Numbered from the stretch's first letter, positions 21,643-33,244 are shown. The stretch: DNA of 52,194 bases from Nocardioides sp. (GCA_049586475.1 JBAVCA010000033.1:1-52194); one strand, 5' to 3'. Made by a program: numbers and translations. Notes: generated from the sequence alone by a model not told the origin.

Positions 21643-22623
21643 GTGATCGTCGACAGCGCCGTCTACCGGGGTGGCACCCGGCTCACGGTCGACTGTGCTA
21701 CCCACGACTACGCACAGCTCCGCGCGACCGCCGCGACCGACGACGGCTTCGTGTGGGTCGGGCTCTACGAGCCGAGCCAGGGCGAGCTGAGCCAGGTAGC
21801 CGACGCCTTCGACCTGCACCACCTGGCCGTCGAGGACGCCTTCAAGGCCCACCAGCGACCGAAGGTCGAGGCTTATGAAGGGTTCCTGTTCCTCATCCTC
21901 AAGACCCTCTGGTACGTCGACGAGGACGACGCGGTGGAGACCGGGGAGATCAGCTTGTTCGTGGGCGACGACTTCGTGATCACCGTCCGCCACGGGCACG
22001 GCTCCCAGCTGCAGGAAGCCCGCGCCCACCTGGAGCGCTCCTCCGACCTGATGACGCACGGTCCGTCAGCGGTCGTCTACGCCGTCAGCGACGTGGTCGT
22101 CGATGGCTACACCGCTGTCGTGGCCTTCCTCGAGGAGGATGTCGACGAGGTCGAGGAATCGGTCTTCTCCACCGTCCGCACCCGGGACTCGGCGCGTATC
22201 TACACCCTGAAGCGGGAGATCTCCGAGGTACGTCGCGCCGTGCTCCCGCTCCGGGAGCCGATGCGTCGCTTCGCCTCCGGGTCGGTGAGCGGGGTCAGCG
22301 CCGAGGCAGCGCCGTTCTTTCGCGATGTGGTGGACCACCTCACGCAGGCCGCCGAGATCGTCGACAGCCTCGACGCATTGCTGTCGACGGCCTTCGACGC
22401 ACACCTGGCCTCGATCTCGGTCCAGCAGAACGACGACATGCGCAAGATCTCCGCGGGGGCCGCGATCGTCGTGGTCCCCACGCTGATCGCCGGGATCTAC
22501 GGCATGAACTTCGACCGCATGCCCGAGCTGCACTGGGACCTGGGCTATCCGTTCGCCCTGGTGCTGATGTTCGGTGCCTCCGGCGCGCTGTGGTGGTTCT
22601 TCAAGCGTGCCGGTTGGCTCTGA
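21643..22623 (+). CDS. corA: Magnesium/cobalt transporter CorA
   Basis: YGMNF signature, MPEL, two C-terminal TM helices, HQRPK. Confidence 0.95.
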   Translation: MIVDSAVYRGGTRLTVDCATHDYAQLRATAATDDGFVWVGLYEPSQGELSQVADAFDLHHLAVEDAFKAHQRPKVEAYEGFLFLILKTLWYVDEDDAVETGEISLFVGDDFVITVRHGHGSQLQEARAHLERSSDLMTHGPSAVVYAVSDVVVDGYTAVVAFLEEDVDEVEESVFSTVRTRDSARIYTLKREISEVRRAVLPLREPMRRFASGSVSGVSAEAAPFFRDVVDHLTQAAEIVDSLDALLSTAFDAHLASISVQQNDDMRKISAGAAIVVVPTLIAGIYGMNFDRMPELHWDLGYPFALVLMFGASGALWWFFKRAGWL

Positions 22624-22640
22624 GCCGGCACTCGCCGGCG

Positions 22641-22928
22641 TCACCCCGCCGGCGCCAGCTGCACGATGCGTGCGCGCGGGCTGCCGACGAGCGCTGGTGA
22701 GTTGGCCGGCGTGGACCACACCTGGGTCTCGAGGAACGTGCGGAATCGCTGTGCCTCCTCGAGAGCCTCGAACTCGAGCTCGATGAAGACGTAGTGCGGG
22801 TCCTCGACCGGTTGCCAGACCCGCTCGTGCAGGACCCCACCCTCCGAGCGTCTGGCGGCGAATCGGTTGAATGCCGTGAGCCAGAGGCTGAAGTCGCTGA
22901 TGGCATGCTCAATCTGAAGTGTGATCAT
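22641..22928 (-). CDS. Small (95 aa) hypothetical protein, probable dimeric alpha+beta barrel (ABM/cyclase-like)
   Basis: Strong AGGAGG SD; MITLQIEHAISDFSLW...F pattern typical of Dabb-fold proteins; divergent from a LuxR regulator. Confidence 0.7.
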   Translation of the reverse strand: MITLQIEHAISDFSLWLTAFNRFAARRSEGGVLHERVWQPVEDPHYVFIELEFEALEEAQRFRTFLETQVWSTPANSPALVGSPRARIVQLAPAG

Positions 22929-22990
22929 GGTTCCTCCTGGTTCGGGATCGGTCGGTGGTGACGACCGTAGGTCGCGGCGAGGACGGGCGA

Positions 22991-23010
22991 CATCCCAGGA
23001 ACCTGGGGTG
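22991..23010. promoter_or_regulatory. Inverted-repeat operator between the LuxR regulator and its divergent gene
   Basis: CATCCCAGG-AA-CCTGGGGTG (8/9 symmetric). Confidence 0.6.
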
Positions 23011-23032
23011 GTGATCGGCGTAGTCTCGCAGC

Positions 23033-24088
23033 GTGACGGGTCGCACGTTGTCCGCACGTCTCGAGGTCGCGGTCGAGCACGTCTCCGCCATCGGCGGCGA
23101 CGACCGGGCGATGCGCGCACTCGTCCTGGACGCGATCCGGCGTCACGTGCCCTTCGAGGCCCACGCCTTCCTGCTCACCGACCCGGTGACCACCGTGGGG
23201 TGCTCGCCGGTGGCCGAGGTCCCCGACCTCTCGACGTTGCCCGACCTGATCCGTCTGAAGTACCTGACTCTGGTCAACAGGTGGACCGGACTGCCCCCTG
23301 GTGGTTGCGTGAGCCTTCAGCAGGCGACCGGCGGTCGTCCGGAGCAGAGTCTGCTGTGGCGCGAGCACCTGGCGGACCTCGGAATCCTGGACGTGGCTTC
23401 CCTGGTCTTCACGGACCGTTTCGGGTGCTGGGGATTCCTCGACCTGTGGCGACGCGACACCTGCTTCAGCGCTGACGAGGTCGCCGCCCTGTCCTCGGTC
23501 GGTTCCTCGATCACCTCTCTGCTCCGCGCCGCGCAGGCAGCAACCTTCACGATCGTCCAGACGACACCCACACCACGGGGCCCTGGGGCATTGATCCTCT
23601 CACCCGGCTTGGCGGTCCGAGCCCAGACAGCCCAGACCCGGCGCTGGATGTCGACCCTGCTCCCTGGCCCTCCTGAGCGGGGCGCGGTTCCGGCTGGCGC
23701 ATACAACGTGGCAGCCCAGCTCCTCGCTGTCGAGAGCGAGCTCGACGTTCACCCTGCGCAGGCGAGGGTGCATCTGGGAGGCGGCGTGTGGCTCACGCTC
23801 CGGGCAGATCGCATCGCGAGTCCCGAGCCGGTCGAGCACCGGGACATCGTCGTCACCATGGAGGAGAGCACTCCGACGGAGCGCCAAGACATTTTTGCTC
23901 GAGCGCACGGCCTGACCGGACGAGAGGTGGCCCTGCTGGGTCACCTCACTCGAGGGCTCGACACCCGGACGACCGCCCGACTGATGGCGATCACCGAGTA
24001 CACCGTCCAGGATCATCTGAAGGCGATGTTCCAGAAGACCGCGACCTCGAGTCGCCGAGATCTGCTGGCGAAGACCGCCGGTCGCTGA
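23033..24088 (+). CDS. LuxR-type HTH regulator with N-terminal GAF-like sensory domain
   Basis: C-terminal LTGREVALL...TTARLMAITEYTVQDHLKAMFQK; CWGFLDLWR...FSADE GAF-like segment. Confidence 0.88.
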   Translation: MTGRTLSARLEVAVEHVSAIGGDDRAMRALVLDAIRRHVPFEAHAFLLTDPVTTVGCSPVAEVPDLSTLPDLIRLKYLTLVNRWTGLPPGGCVSLQQATGGRPEQSLLWREHLADLGILDVASLVFTDRFGCWGFLDLWRRDTCFSADEVAALSSVGSSITSLLRAAQAATFTIVQTTPTPRGPGALILSPGLAVRAQTAQTRRWMSTLLPGPPERGAVPAGAYNVAAQLLAVESELDVHPAQARVHLGGGVWLTLRADRIASPEPVEHRDIVVTMEESTPTERQDIFARAHGLTGREVALLGHLTRGLDTRTTARLMAITEYTVQDHLKAMFQKTATSSRRDLLAKTAGR

Positions 24089-24100
24089 CGGGCCAGGTGC

Positions 24101-24937
24101 TCAAGCGACCAGCACACCCGTGGTGAGCAGCGCCATCGTCGCGAGGCCCAGCACCACCCGGTAGATGACGAACGGCGTGTAGGAGCGGGTGGAGACGTAG
24201 TGCAGCAACCAGGCGATCGCGGCATAGCCGACGATGAACGACACCACCGTCGCAGCGATCGTCGGGCCCCAGCCGTAGTCGGTCTGGCCCCGCTGGAGAG
24301 GCTCACCGATCTTGCGCAGCTCGAAGAGACCGGCCCCGACCACTGCCGGGATGGCCAACAGGAACGCATATCGGGTGGCCGCTTCCCGCTCGTAGCCCAG
24401 GGCCCTGCCCATCGAGAGCGTGGCGCCCGAGCGGGACACCCCCGGCACCACGGCCATCGCCTGGGCAGCACCCATCAGGATGGCGTCGCGCAGGGTGATC
24501 TGCTTAATCTTCTTGGAGTTGGAGCCCAACTTGTCGGCAAGCCCGAGGACCAGACCCATCACCACGAGCATCGTCGCGATGATCCAGAGGTTGCGGAAGT
24601 CGCGTTCGATGACGTCGCGCAGCGCGAAGCCGATGATCACGATCGGGAGCGAGCCGATGATGATGAACCAGCCCATCCGGGCGTCCAGGTGGCCGCGCAG
24701 CTCGGCTCGGAACAACGATCGAAGCCACATGGAGGCGATCCGCCAGATGTCGGCGCGGAAGTAGATCAGCACGGCGAGCTCGGTGCCGATCTGGATCACC
24801 GCAGTGAAGGCGGCACCCGGGTCACCCCAACCGAATGCCTCGGGGAAGATCCGCAGATGGGCGCTGCTCGAGATCGGCAGGAACTCGGTGAGCCCCTGGA
24901 TCGTACCGAGCACGATGGCCTGGAGCATCTCCCACAC
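24101..24937 (-). CDS. uppP: Undecaprenyl-diphosphate phosphatase
   Basis: GLTEFLPISSSAH and PGVSRSG motifs. Confidence 0.95.
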   Translation of the reverse strand: MWEMLQAIVLGTIQGLTEFLPISSSAHLRIFPEAFGWGDPGAAFTAVIQIGTELAVLIYFRADIWRIASMWLRSLFRAELRGHLDARMGWFIIIGSLPIVIIGFALRDVIERDFRNLWIIATMLVVMGLVLGLADKLGSNSKKIKQITLRDAILMGAAQAMAVVPGVSRSGATLSMGRALGYEREAATRYAFLLAIPAVVGAGLFELRKIGEPLQRGQTDYGWGPTIAATVVSFIVGYAAIAWLLHYVSTRSYTPFVIYRVVLGLATMALLTTGVLVA

Positions 24938-25006
24938 AGGTGAAGGGTAGTGACCGTCCTGCGTGCCTCCGTCAGCGGCTCGCCAGGTGCTGGTTAGGTT
25001 TTCGTC

Positions 25007-25960
25007 ATGCAGCAACGACGGATGGGCGCCACCGGCCTGCAGGTCTCCCGGCTCGGCCTGGGCACGATGACCTGGGGTCGCGACACGGACGAGCACGAAG
25101 CGCGGGAGTCGCTGATCGCCTTCGCAGAGGCCGGCGGCACCCTGGTCGACACCGCCGCGGGCTATTCCGACGGAGAGTCCGAGGTGCTGGTGGGTCGGCT
25201 GATCGGTGACGTCGTGGCCCGCGACGAGATCGTGCTGGCCACCAAGGCGGGGATCTCGCGGCGCTCGGGCGAGCGGGTCACCAACACGTCGCGCGGCCAC
25301 CTGCTGTCCACGCTCGACGCCTCGCTCGAGCGGCTCGGGGTCGACCACGTCGATCTCTGGCAGGTCCACGTGTGGAGTGACGAGGCACCACTGGAGGAGA
25401 CACTGAGCGCTCTCGACCTGGCAGTGACCTCCGGGCGCGCCTCGTACGTCGGCGTCAGCAACTACACCGGTTGGCAGACAGCCCGCGCCGCGACCTGGCA
25501 GGAAACGCGGCCGGGTCACCTCACCTTGGCGTCGACGCAGGTGGAGTACTCCCTGCTCAACCGTCAGGTGGAGCGCGAGGTCCTTCCCGCAGCGGGGGCG
25601 CTCGGTCTCGGCGTGCTGACCTGGTCGCCGCTCGGTCGAGGCGTCCTCACCGGCAAGTACCGCAGTGGGACACCGGTCGACTCGCGTGGCGCCTCCGAGA
25701 CCTTCGCGGGCTTCGTCGGCGCCTATCTCGACGAGACGAGCGCCCGGGTCGTCGAGGCGGTGGCTCGAGCTGCCGAGGGCCTGGGGTGGACTCCGCTGGA
25801 GGTCGCCCTCGTGTGGGTGCGCGATCGACCCGGGGTCACTGCCCCGATCGTCGGGGCGCGCACCGCCGCACAGCTCCGCGGACCTCTGGGTGTGGAGGAC
25901 AAGTCGCTGCCAGCCGAGATCGTCGCTGCGCTCGACGACGTCTCCCAGGGCGCTGTGTGA
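25007..25960 (+). CDS. Aldo/keto reductase
   Basis: LGLGTM, DTAAGY, ATKAG, GVSNY, QVEYSLL, WSPLGRGVL. Confidence 0.93.
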   Translation: MQQRRMGATGLQVSRLGLGTMTWGRDTDEHEARESLIAFAEAGGTLVDTAAGYSDGESEVLVGRLIGDVVARDEIVLATKAGISRRSGERVTNTSRGHLLSTLDASLERLGVDHVDLWQVHVWSDEAPLEETLSALDLAVTSGRASYVGVSNYTGWQTARAATWQETRPGHLTLASTQVEYSLLNRQVEREVLPAAGALGLGVLTWSPLGRGVLTGKYRSGTPVDSRGASETFAGFVGAYLDETSARVVEAVARAAEGLGWTPLEVALVWVRDRPGVTAPIVGARTAAQLRGPLGVEDKSLPAEIVAALDDVSQGAV

Positions 25961-26175
25961 GCAGCATCGAGCGACGCGTCCCGCGCCTCGGCGTGGAGTG
26001 GGAGTTCGACCGGGTCAGCTTCGCCCCGGAGTACCCGCGCGGTGTGGTGACCAAGGTGCTCGTGGAGAGAGCAGAGCACGGAGGTTGGGAGCTGGACCGG
26101 GTGCGGATCGGCAGCGACGGCATCCGGCGCGTCATTCTGCGACGCAAGATCATCCGTGCTGTGCGGACAGCCTGA
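25957..26175 (+). CDS. DUF5703-family small protein
   Basis: GTGA overlap with the AKR gene; EWEF...AEHGGWELDRVR..DG.RRVILRRKI pattern. Confidence 0.8.
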   Translation: MSSIERRVPRLGVEWEFDRVSFAPEYPRGVVTKVLVERAEHGGWELDRVRIGSDGIRRVILRRKIIRAVRTA

Positions 26176-26176
26176 G

Positions 26177-27529
26177 CTAGACCTCACCGAGGAAGCGGTC
26201 GAAGACCCGTGCGCCGAACTCCAAGGCGTCGACCGGCACCCGCTCGTCCACCCCGTGGAACAGCGCGGTGAAGTCGAGGTCAGCGGGCAGCCGCAGCGGC
26301 GCGAAGCCGTACGAGCGCATCCCGAGCTTGCGGAAGTGCTTGGCGTCGGTGCCACCGCTCATGGTGTACGGCGCGACGATTCCCTCCGGGTCCTCAGCGA
26401 GGATCGAGCGGGTCATGGCGCCGACCAGGTCGCCGTCGTACGGCGTCTCCCAGGGTTGTTGATGGGACACGAAGTCCCACTCGATGCCCTCGCCGCACAG
26501 CTCGCGCAGGGTCGTGAAGAACTCGTCCTCATGACCGGGCAGGAAGCGTCCGTCCAGGTACGCGCTCGCCTCGGTCGGGATGACGTTGACCTTGTAGCCG
26601 CCGGCGAGCTGCGTCGGGTTGGCCGTGTTCCGGATCACCGCGCCCAGCATCCGCGCGGCGCCGCCGAACTCCTCGACCAGCGCCTGGGCGTTCTCCGGAG
26701 TGGCCTCGGTGCCGGCGAGGTCGGCCACGGTGGCGAGCAGGACCTCCATCGTCGGGGTCAGCCGCACCGGCCACTGGTGAGCGCCGATCCTCGCGACCGC
26801 ACCGGAGAGTCGCGTGACGGCGTTCTCGGTGTTGATCATGGAGCCGTGGCCGGCCCGACCGCGTGCGGTCAGCTTCATCCAGGCTATGCCTTTCTCGGCC
26901 GCCTCGATCAGGTAGATGCGGCGTCCCCGGACTGTGGTGCTGAACCCACCTACCTCGCCCACCGCCTCGGTGACCCCCTCGAACTCATCACGGTGCTGGT
27001 CGACGAGCACCTCTGCCCCGTGGTGACCGCCCGCCTCCTCGTCCGCGGTGAAGCACAGCACGATCGGGCGGTCCGGGACCTGGCCCGCGCGCTGACGCGC
27101 TCGCACCGTCGAGAGGAGCATGGCGTCGAAATCCTTCATGTCGACCGCACCGCGGCCCCAGACGTACCCGTCCTGGATCTCGCCGCTGAACGGGTCCACC
27201 TTCCAGTCCTCGGCCGCAGCCGGCACGACGTCCAGGTGGCCGTGGAGCAACAACCGACCTCGAGCGGTGTCGTTACCGCCCCAGGTCGCCATGACCGACG
27301 TACGGCCCGGCGTGGACTCGTAGAGCCGAGACTCGATGCCGACCTCGTCGAGCAGGGTCGCGACGTACTCGGCCGCCTTGCGCTCCCCCGGACCCTCGGT
27401 GCCGGCCGGGTCGCCGTAGTTGGTGGTGTCGATCCGGATCAGGTCACGACAAAGATCGACCACCTCGGCGGCTGGATCGTAGGACGGCGCTGCTGCCGGC
27501 GCCCGGTTCCCCGCGTCATCACTGCTCAT
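26177..27529 (-). CDS. M20/M25/M40 family metallopeptidase
   Basis: HGHLDVVP, GRGAVDMK, ADEEAG, GGTDAK, FHGVDER. Confidence 0.93.
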   Translation of the reverse strand: MSSDDAGNRAPAAAPSYDPAAEVVDLCRDLIRIDTTNYGDPAGTEGPGERKAAEYVATLLDEVGIESRLYESTPGRTSVMATWGGNDTARGRLLLHGHLDVVPAAAEDWKVDPFSGEIQDGYVWGRGAVDMKDFDAMLLSTVRARQRAGQVPDRPIVLCFTADEEAGGHHGAEVLVDQHRDEFEGVTEAVGEVGGFSTTVRGRRIYLIEAAEKGIAWMKLTARGRAGHGSMINTENAVTRLSGAVARIGAHQWPVRLTPTMEVLLATVADLAGTEATPENAQALVEEFGGAARMLGAVIRNTANPTQLAGGYKVNVIPTEASAYLDGRFLPGHEDEFFTTLRELCGEGIEWDFVSHQQPWETPYDGDLVGAMTRSILAEDPEGIVAPYTMSGGTDAKHFRKLGMRSYGFAPLRLPADLDFTALFHGVDERVPVDALEFGARVFDRFLGEV

Positions 27530-27607
27530 GTCGTGCATTGTGACATCCGCCCCCGGCGCCCCGATGTGAGTCATGGGACTGGACTTTGCTACGGTTTCAC
27601 CGCACAC

Positions 27608-27693
27608 GTCCGGGTGGCGGAATTGGTAGACGCGCTAGCTTGAGGTGCTAGTGACCTGTAACGGTTGTGGGGGTTCAAGTCCCCCCTCGGACA
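27608..27693 (+). tRNA. tRNA-Leu(GAG), long variable arm, CCA not encoded
   Basis: Acceptor GTCCGGG/CTCGGAC-A, D-loop GGAATTGGTAGAC, anticodon arm CTAGC-TTGAGGT-GCTAG, T-loop GGTTCAAGT. Confidence 0.96.
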
Positions 27694-27696
27694 CTG

Positions 27697-27728
27697 GAAA
27701 GGCCCCGGCTCCACGGGGCCTTTTCTTC
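27697..27728 (+). terminator. Intrinsic terminator after the tRNA
   Basis: GAAAGGCCCCG-GCTCCA-CGGGGCCTTTTCTT. Confidence 0.85.
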
Positions 27729-27785
27729 ATTTGAACGCAGCGTCCTTCGCGCGCGCCGAGCTTCTCCTGTCGACCAGAGGATTGT

Positions 27786-28757
27786 GTGCCAGTCTTGACC
27801 CTCGTGCGCTCCTCTTCCCGCTTCATCGCCAACCTGCTCGGCCTGGTCGTGCTCGTCTCGCTGCTGGCCCAGGTCCCCGTCGTAGCCGCCGAGTCGGCCG
27901 GTCCTGGCGCTGCTGGATCCGCGTCGAGGGCGACGAAGGACGACGAACCCGATGTCCCGACCCTCCCGCCGTCCTGCTTCGGTCCCGCGCAGGAGGAGGG
28001 CGACCCGCGACCCTGCCCACTCAACAAGCAGCGCCCCGGGCGTCCGACCCTCGTCCTGTGGGGCGACTCCCACGCCCACCAGTGGATCCCCGCGCTGCGC
28101 CGTATCGGTCGTGACCGCGACGTCAACATGGTGTCCTTCGTGGCGGGAGCGTGCCCGCCGATCGCGGTCCGCTTCTCCAGGCGCGGGGGCTATGCCGGCA
28201 AGTGCGGGAAGAGCAACGCGATCGCGCTGAAGTACGTCCGCGACCTGCACCAGAACGGCAAGGAGGTGACGGTGCTGCTGGGCTCCAACTGGAGCGGTTA
28301 CCGGATCGCCTATCGGCGCATCGTCCACCAGGGCCGGGGCAAGGACTACCTGCCGTTCGTGCGCAAGATGGTCAAGCTCTCCCACTCCGGCACGCCCCGG
28401 CTCTTCCGGCGGCTGAGCAGGATCGAGGTGCGCACCGCGATCATTGCCCAGTCGGCCACCGTGCCGGACGGCGCACCCGCCTGTGCTGAGGGCCAGGACC
28501 CCTACCTGTGCCCCCTCGACCGCTCCCTGGCACTGCCTCAGGAGGCCCAGGAGGACCGGTGGTTGGCCGGTCAGATCGCGCCGCTGCAGGGACGGACCCG
28601 GATCGTCGACCCCCGCAGCGCCTACTGCGACCCTGACGTCTGCTTCGGGCTGGTCGACGGTATCCAGACCTGGTCCGACGAGCTGCACCTCAGCGCCACC
28701 CGCACCCGAAGCCTGGCCGGCTATTTCGAGCTCGTCTTCTCGGATTTCAAGAGCTGA
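27786..28757 (+). CDS. Exported SGNH-hydrolase-domain protein (standalone)
   Basis: N-terminal hydrophobic signal/anchor; WGDSHA block I; SDELHLS (DxxH) block V; paired Cys. Confidence 0.8.
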   Translation: MPVLTLVRSSSRFIANLLGLVVLVSLLAQVPVVAAESAGPGAAGSASRATKDDEPDVPTLPPSCFGPAQEEGDPRPCPLNKQRPGRPTLVLWGDSHAHQWIPALRRIGRDRDVNMVSFVAGACPPIAVRFSRRGGYAGKCGKSNAIALKYVRDLHQNGKEVTVLLGSNWSGYRIAYRRIVHQGRGKDYLPFVRKMVKLSHSGTPRLFRRLSRIEVRTAIIAQSATVPDGAPACAEGQDPYLCPLDRSLALPQEAQEDRWLAGQIAPLQGRTRIVDPRSAYCDPDVCFGLVDGIQTWSDELHLSATRTRSLAGYFELVFSDFKS

Positions 28758-28804
28758 CCCAGGCCACCCTGGGCACGATGCGCGACACGCTGCTCGGACA
28801 GTTT

Positions 28805-28834
28805 CTTGACTGATTCAAGTTTGGCCGTGATAGT
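28805..28834 (+). promoter_or_regulatory. furA promoter with FurA box
   Basis: -35 TTGACT (28806), 17-nt spacer, -10 GATAGT (28829), GTG 7 nt later. Inverted repeat CTTGA-N5-TCAAG overlaps the -35 and resembles the mycobacterial furA operator. Confidence 0.75.
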
Positions 28835-28841
28835 GGTCGGC

Positions 28842-29273
28842 GTGGCCCACCTCGACGATCCCGCGAGCATCCTGCGGAGCGCCGAGCTACGAGTGACGCG
28901 GCCGCGGACAGCGGTGCTGCAGGCGGTCCAAGCCCACCCACACGCCGATACCGACCAGATCATCACGAGTGTCCGGAACGCGATCGGCGACGTCTCGCAC
29001 CAGGCGGTGTACGACGTCCTCAAGGCGCTCACCCACCACGGTCTCGTGCGCCGGATCCAGCCCTCGAACTCCGTGGCTCGCTACGAGGCCCGGGTGGGCG
29101 ACAACCACCACCACGTGGTCTGTCGCGTCTGCGGCTCGATCGCCGACGTCGACTGTGCCGTGGGCGACGCACCGTGCTTGAGGGCCAGCAACGACCACGG
29201 CTTCAGCATCGAGGAGGCCGAGGTCGTCTACTGGGGCCGCTGTCCGCCCTGCATCACCACAGCCCGCACCTGA
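28842..29273 (+). CDS. furA: Fur-family peroxide regulator FurA
   Basis: LRVTRPR, HPHAD, SHQAVYDVL, DNHHHVVCRVCG, YWGRCPPC; directly upstream of katG. Confidence 0.93.
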   Translation: MAHLDDPASILRSAELRVTRPRTAVLQAVQAHPHADTDQIITSVRNAIGDVSHQAVYDVLKALTHHGLVRRIQPSNSVARYEARVGDNHHHVVCRVCGSIADVDCAVGDAPCLRASNDHGFSIEEAEVVYWGRCPPCITTART

Positions 29274-29288
29274 GCACGACGCGGCTGA

Positions 29289-31559
<2,271 letters not shown>

Positions 31560-31734
31560 TCGGACTCAGGTGCTCCTGGGGGGGGCTCTGAACGGCTTGC
31601 GGGGGCTACTCGGGCGCGGCTCATGTCGAGGCAGCCTCGGCCTCGTCGCCAACGGGGCACTCGTTGCGTCGGTCTCCGGACCGTCGTCGCGGGTGCCCCG
31701 TGGGCATGGAGCCACAGCCGGCCCTGGTCAGCGG

Positions 31735-33141
31735 TCAGGTCGTCGCTGGTGTCGCCGCGGGAGCGCGCCTCAACCCGGTGGTGGAACCGGCGGAGCGATA
31801 GGCAAGGGCGGACTCGCGGAAGAGGCCGTGGTGATCCAGCAACGCACCCAGCTCGAACCACAGCTGGGCCACCCCGTGGTCGACCGTGTGCTCCGACCCG
31901 AGCGTTGTCAGGCGCGAAGCCGCCATCCGGAGATGCGTGACCGCTACCTCGCCCTCGTCACGTGCACTCGCGATCTCGCCGTGCAGCAGCAGCGCCTCGC
32001 TCTCGAGCAGGACGGAGACCCCCGAGCTTTCCTCCAGGGCCACTCGAGCTGCTCGCTCGGCGTCGGCGAGGTTGCCCACCATGAAGAGCGCACGAGCGGT
32101 GCCGACCTTGATGCGAGCACGGTCGGCGGCGTTGATGTCACTGTGCTGCCCGTCCTGATCGGCCTGGCTCAGGAGGGCGAGCGCCTCCTGAGCGTGTGGA
32201 GGTTCGCTTCGCAGGTGCAGCAGGCCCAGCTGCACCCGCAACCGGGTCTGGCTCCGGGAGTCCTCGACGGCCTCGAGGAGGGCAAGCGCCTTGGACGCGA
32301 GAGGCAGCGCCGCCCCGATCCGTCCTTGTCGCGACTCCATGATCGCGGTGTTCCAGTAGGCGGCCGCACGTGCCTCGGGAGATCCCAGCGACTCTGCGCA
32401 GACCAGCGCGCGCTGGCACACCCGGACAGCATGATGGGTGTCCCCGCGCTCGAAGTGAGCCGCCGCGACCGTCACGGCCAGTTTCAGCCCCTCCGCAGTC
32501 CCCTCCAGGTCGCGCTGGTCGATCAAGCGGATTGCCCGATCGCCGACATCGGCGGCGCGCGCGTAGTCACTGCACTCCCGGTAGCACCGGCTCAGGGCGG
32601 TGAAGGCGCGGATCAGGCGAAGTGGATCCTGATCACTCTCCACGATGTGCTCGAGCGTGTCCGTGGCCTCCGCCGGTCGACCGACCGCTTCCAGCGCCAT
32701 CGCTCGCAGCAACCGCGCCTGGTGCGCCAGGTCCTGAGGAATCGCGGTGGTCTGCACTGCCTCGGCGAGGACGGCCTCCACCCGCGACAAGGAGGCTGCG
32801 GCAGCACCCGTGCGGAGCTCGAGCTCTGCGTAGTCGAGCTCGAGGGCAAGTCGTGCCACCACCGCCGCATCGTGGGTGACCACTGAGTCATCGGGGGCGA
32901 GGAGCTCCTCCGGGTCGCACCGCAAGCGCTCGGCCAACACCATCAGCAGGTCCGCGCTGGGGCGACGCTGGCCGCCCTCGATACGGGAGATGTACGCGGT
33001 GGACATCTCTGTCCCGGCAGCGCCACCCTGAGTCATTCCTGCTCGTTGCCGGGCACGTCGGATGCGGCGCCCGAGAAGTCCCGCATCGATGGTCTTCACC
33101 TGCACGCGAAGGTCGGCCAGGTAGTCGGGCGAAACGTTCAC
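31735..33141 (-). CDS. XRE-family HTH regulator with tetratricopeptide repeats
   Basis: LGRRIRRARQRAGMTQ...STAYISRIEGGQRRPS HTH followed by ~350 aa of Ala/Leu-rich TPR-like helices; start approximate. Confidence 0.85.
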   Translation of the reverse strand: MNVSPDYLADLRVQVKTIDAGLLGRRIRRARQRAGMTQGGAAGTEMSTAYISRIEGGQRRPSADLLMVLAERLRCDPEELLAPDDSVVTHDAAVVARLALELDYAELELRTGAAAASLSRVEAVLAEAVQTTAIPQDLAHQARLLRAMALEAVGRPAEATDTLEHIVESDQDPLRLIRAFTALSRCYRECSDYARAADVGDRAIRLIDQRDLEGTAEGLKLAVTVAAAHFERGDTHHAVRVCQRALVCAESLGSPEARAAAYWNTAIMESRQGRIGAALPLASKALALLEAVEDSRSQTRLRVQLGLLHLRSEPPHAQEALALLSQADQDGQHSDINAADRARIKVGTARALFMVGNLADAERAARVALEESSGVSVLLESEALLLHGEIASARDEGEVAVTHLRMAASRLTTLGSEHTVDHGVAQLWFELGALLDHHGLFRESALAYRSAGSTTGLRRAPAATPATT

Positions 33142-33244
33142 CACTCCATTGTGCCCGCATGTGACTGCACGGTGACTCCCTCGAGGACACAATTTTCCGC
33201 GCGACGAGAACTGTTCTGACCCATCACGCGCCGGCGGGTCCTCG

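Noticed and set aside
31578..31615. G8 run and neighbouring G-tracts after katG (phase variation or G-quadruplex)
   Set aside because: Lies between convergent gene ends, not in a promoter or CDS; G-runs are unremarkable at this GC content.
31621..31707. 28-aa ORF (MPTGHPRRRSGDRRNECPVGDEAEAAST) downstream of the XRE-TPR gene as a signalling peptide
   Set aside because: No SD or -10, no hydrophobic export signal, and codon usage does not look coding.
33176..33190. CCCTCGAGGACAC resembling the tRNA-Leu 3' end (CCCTCGGACAC) as a possible attR
   Set aside because: Only 11 matching bases with a 2-nt gap and no integrase; expected by chance.
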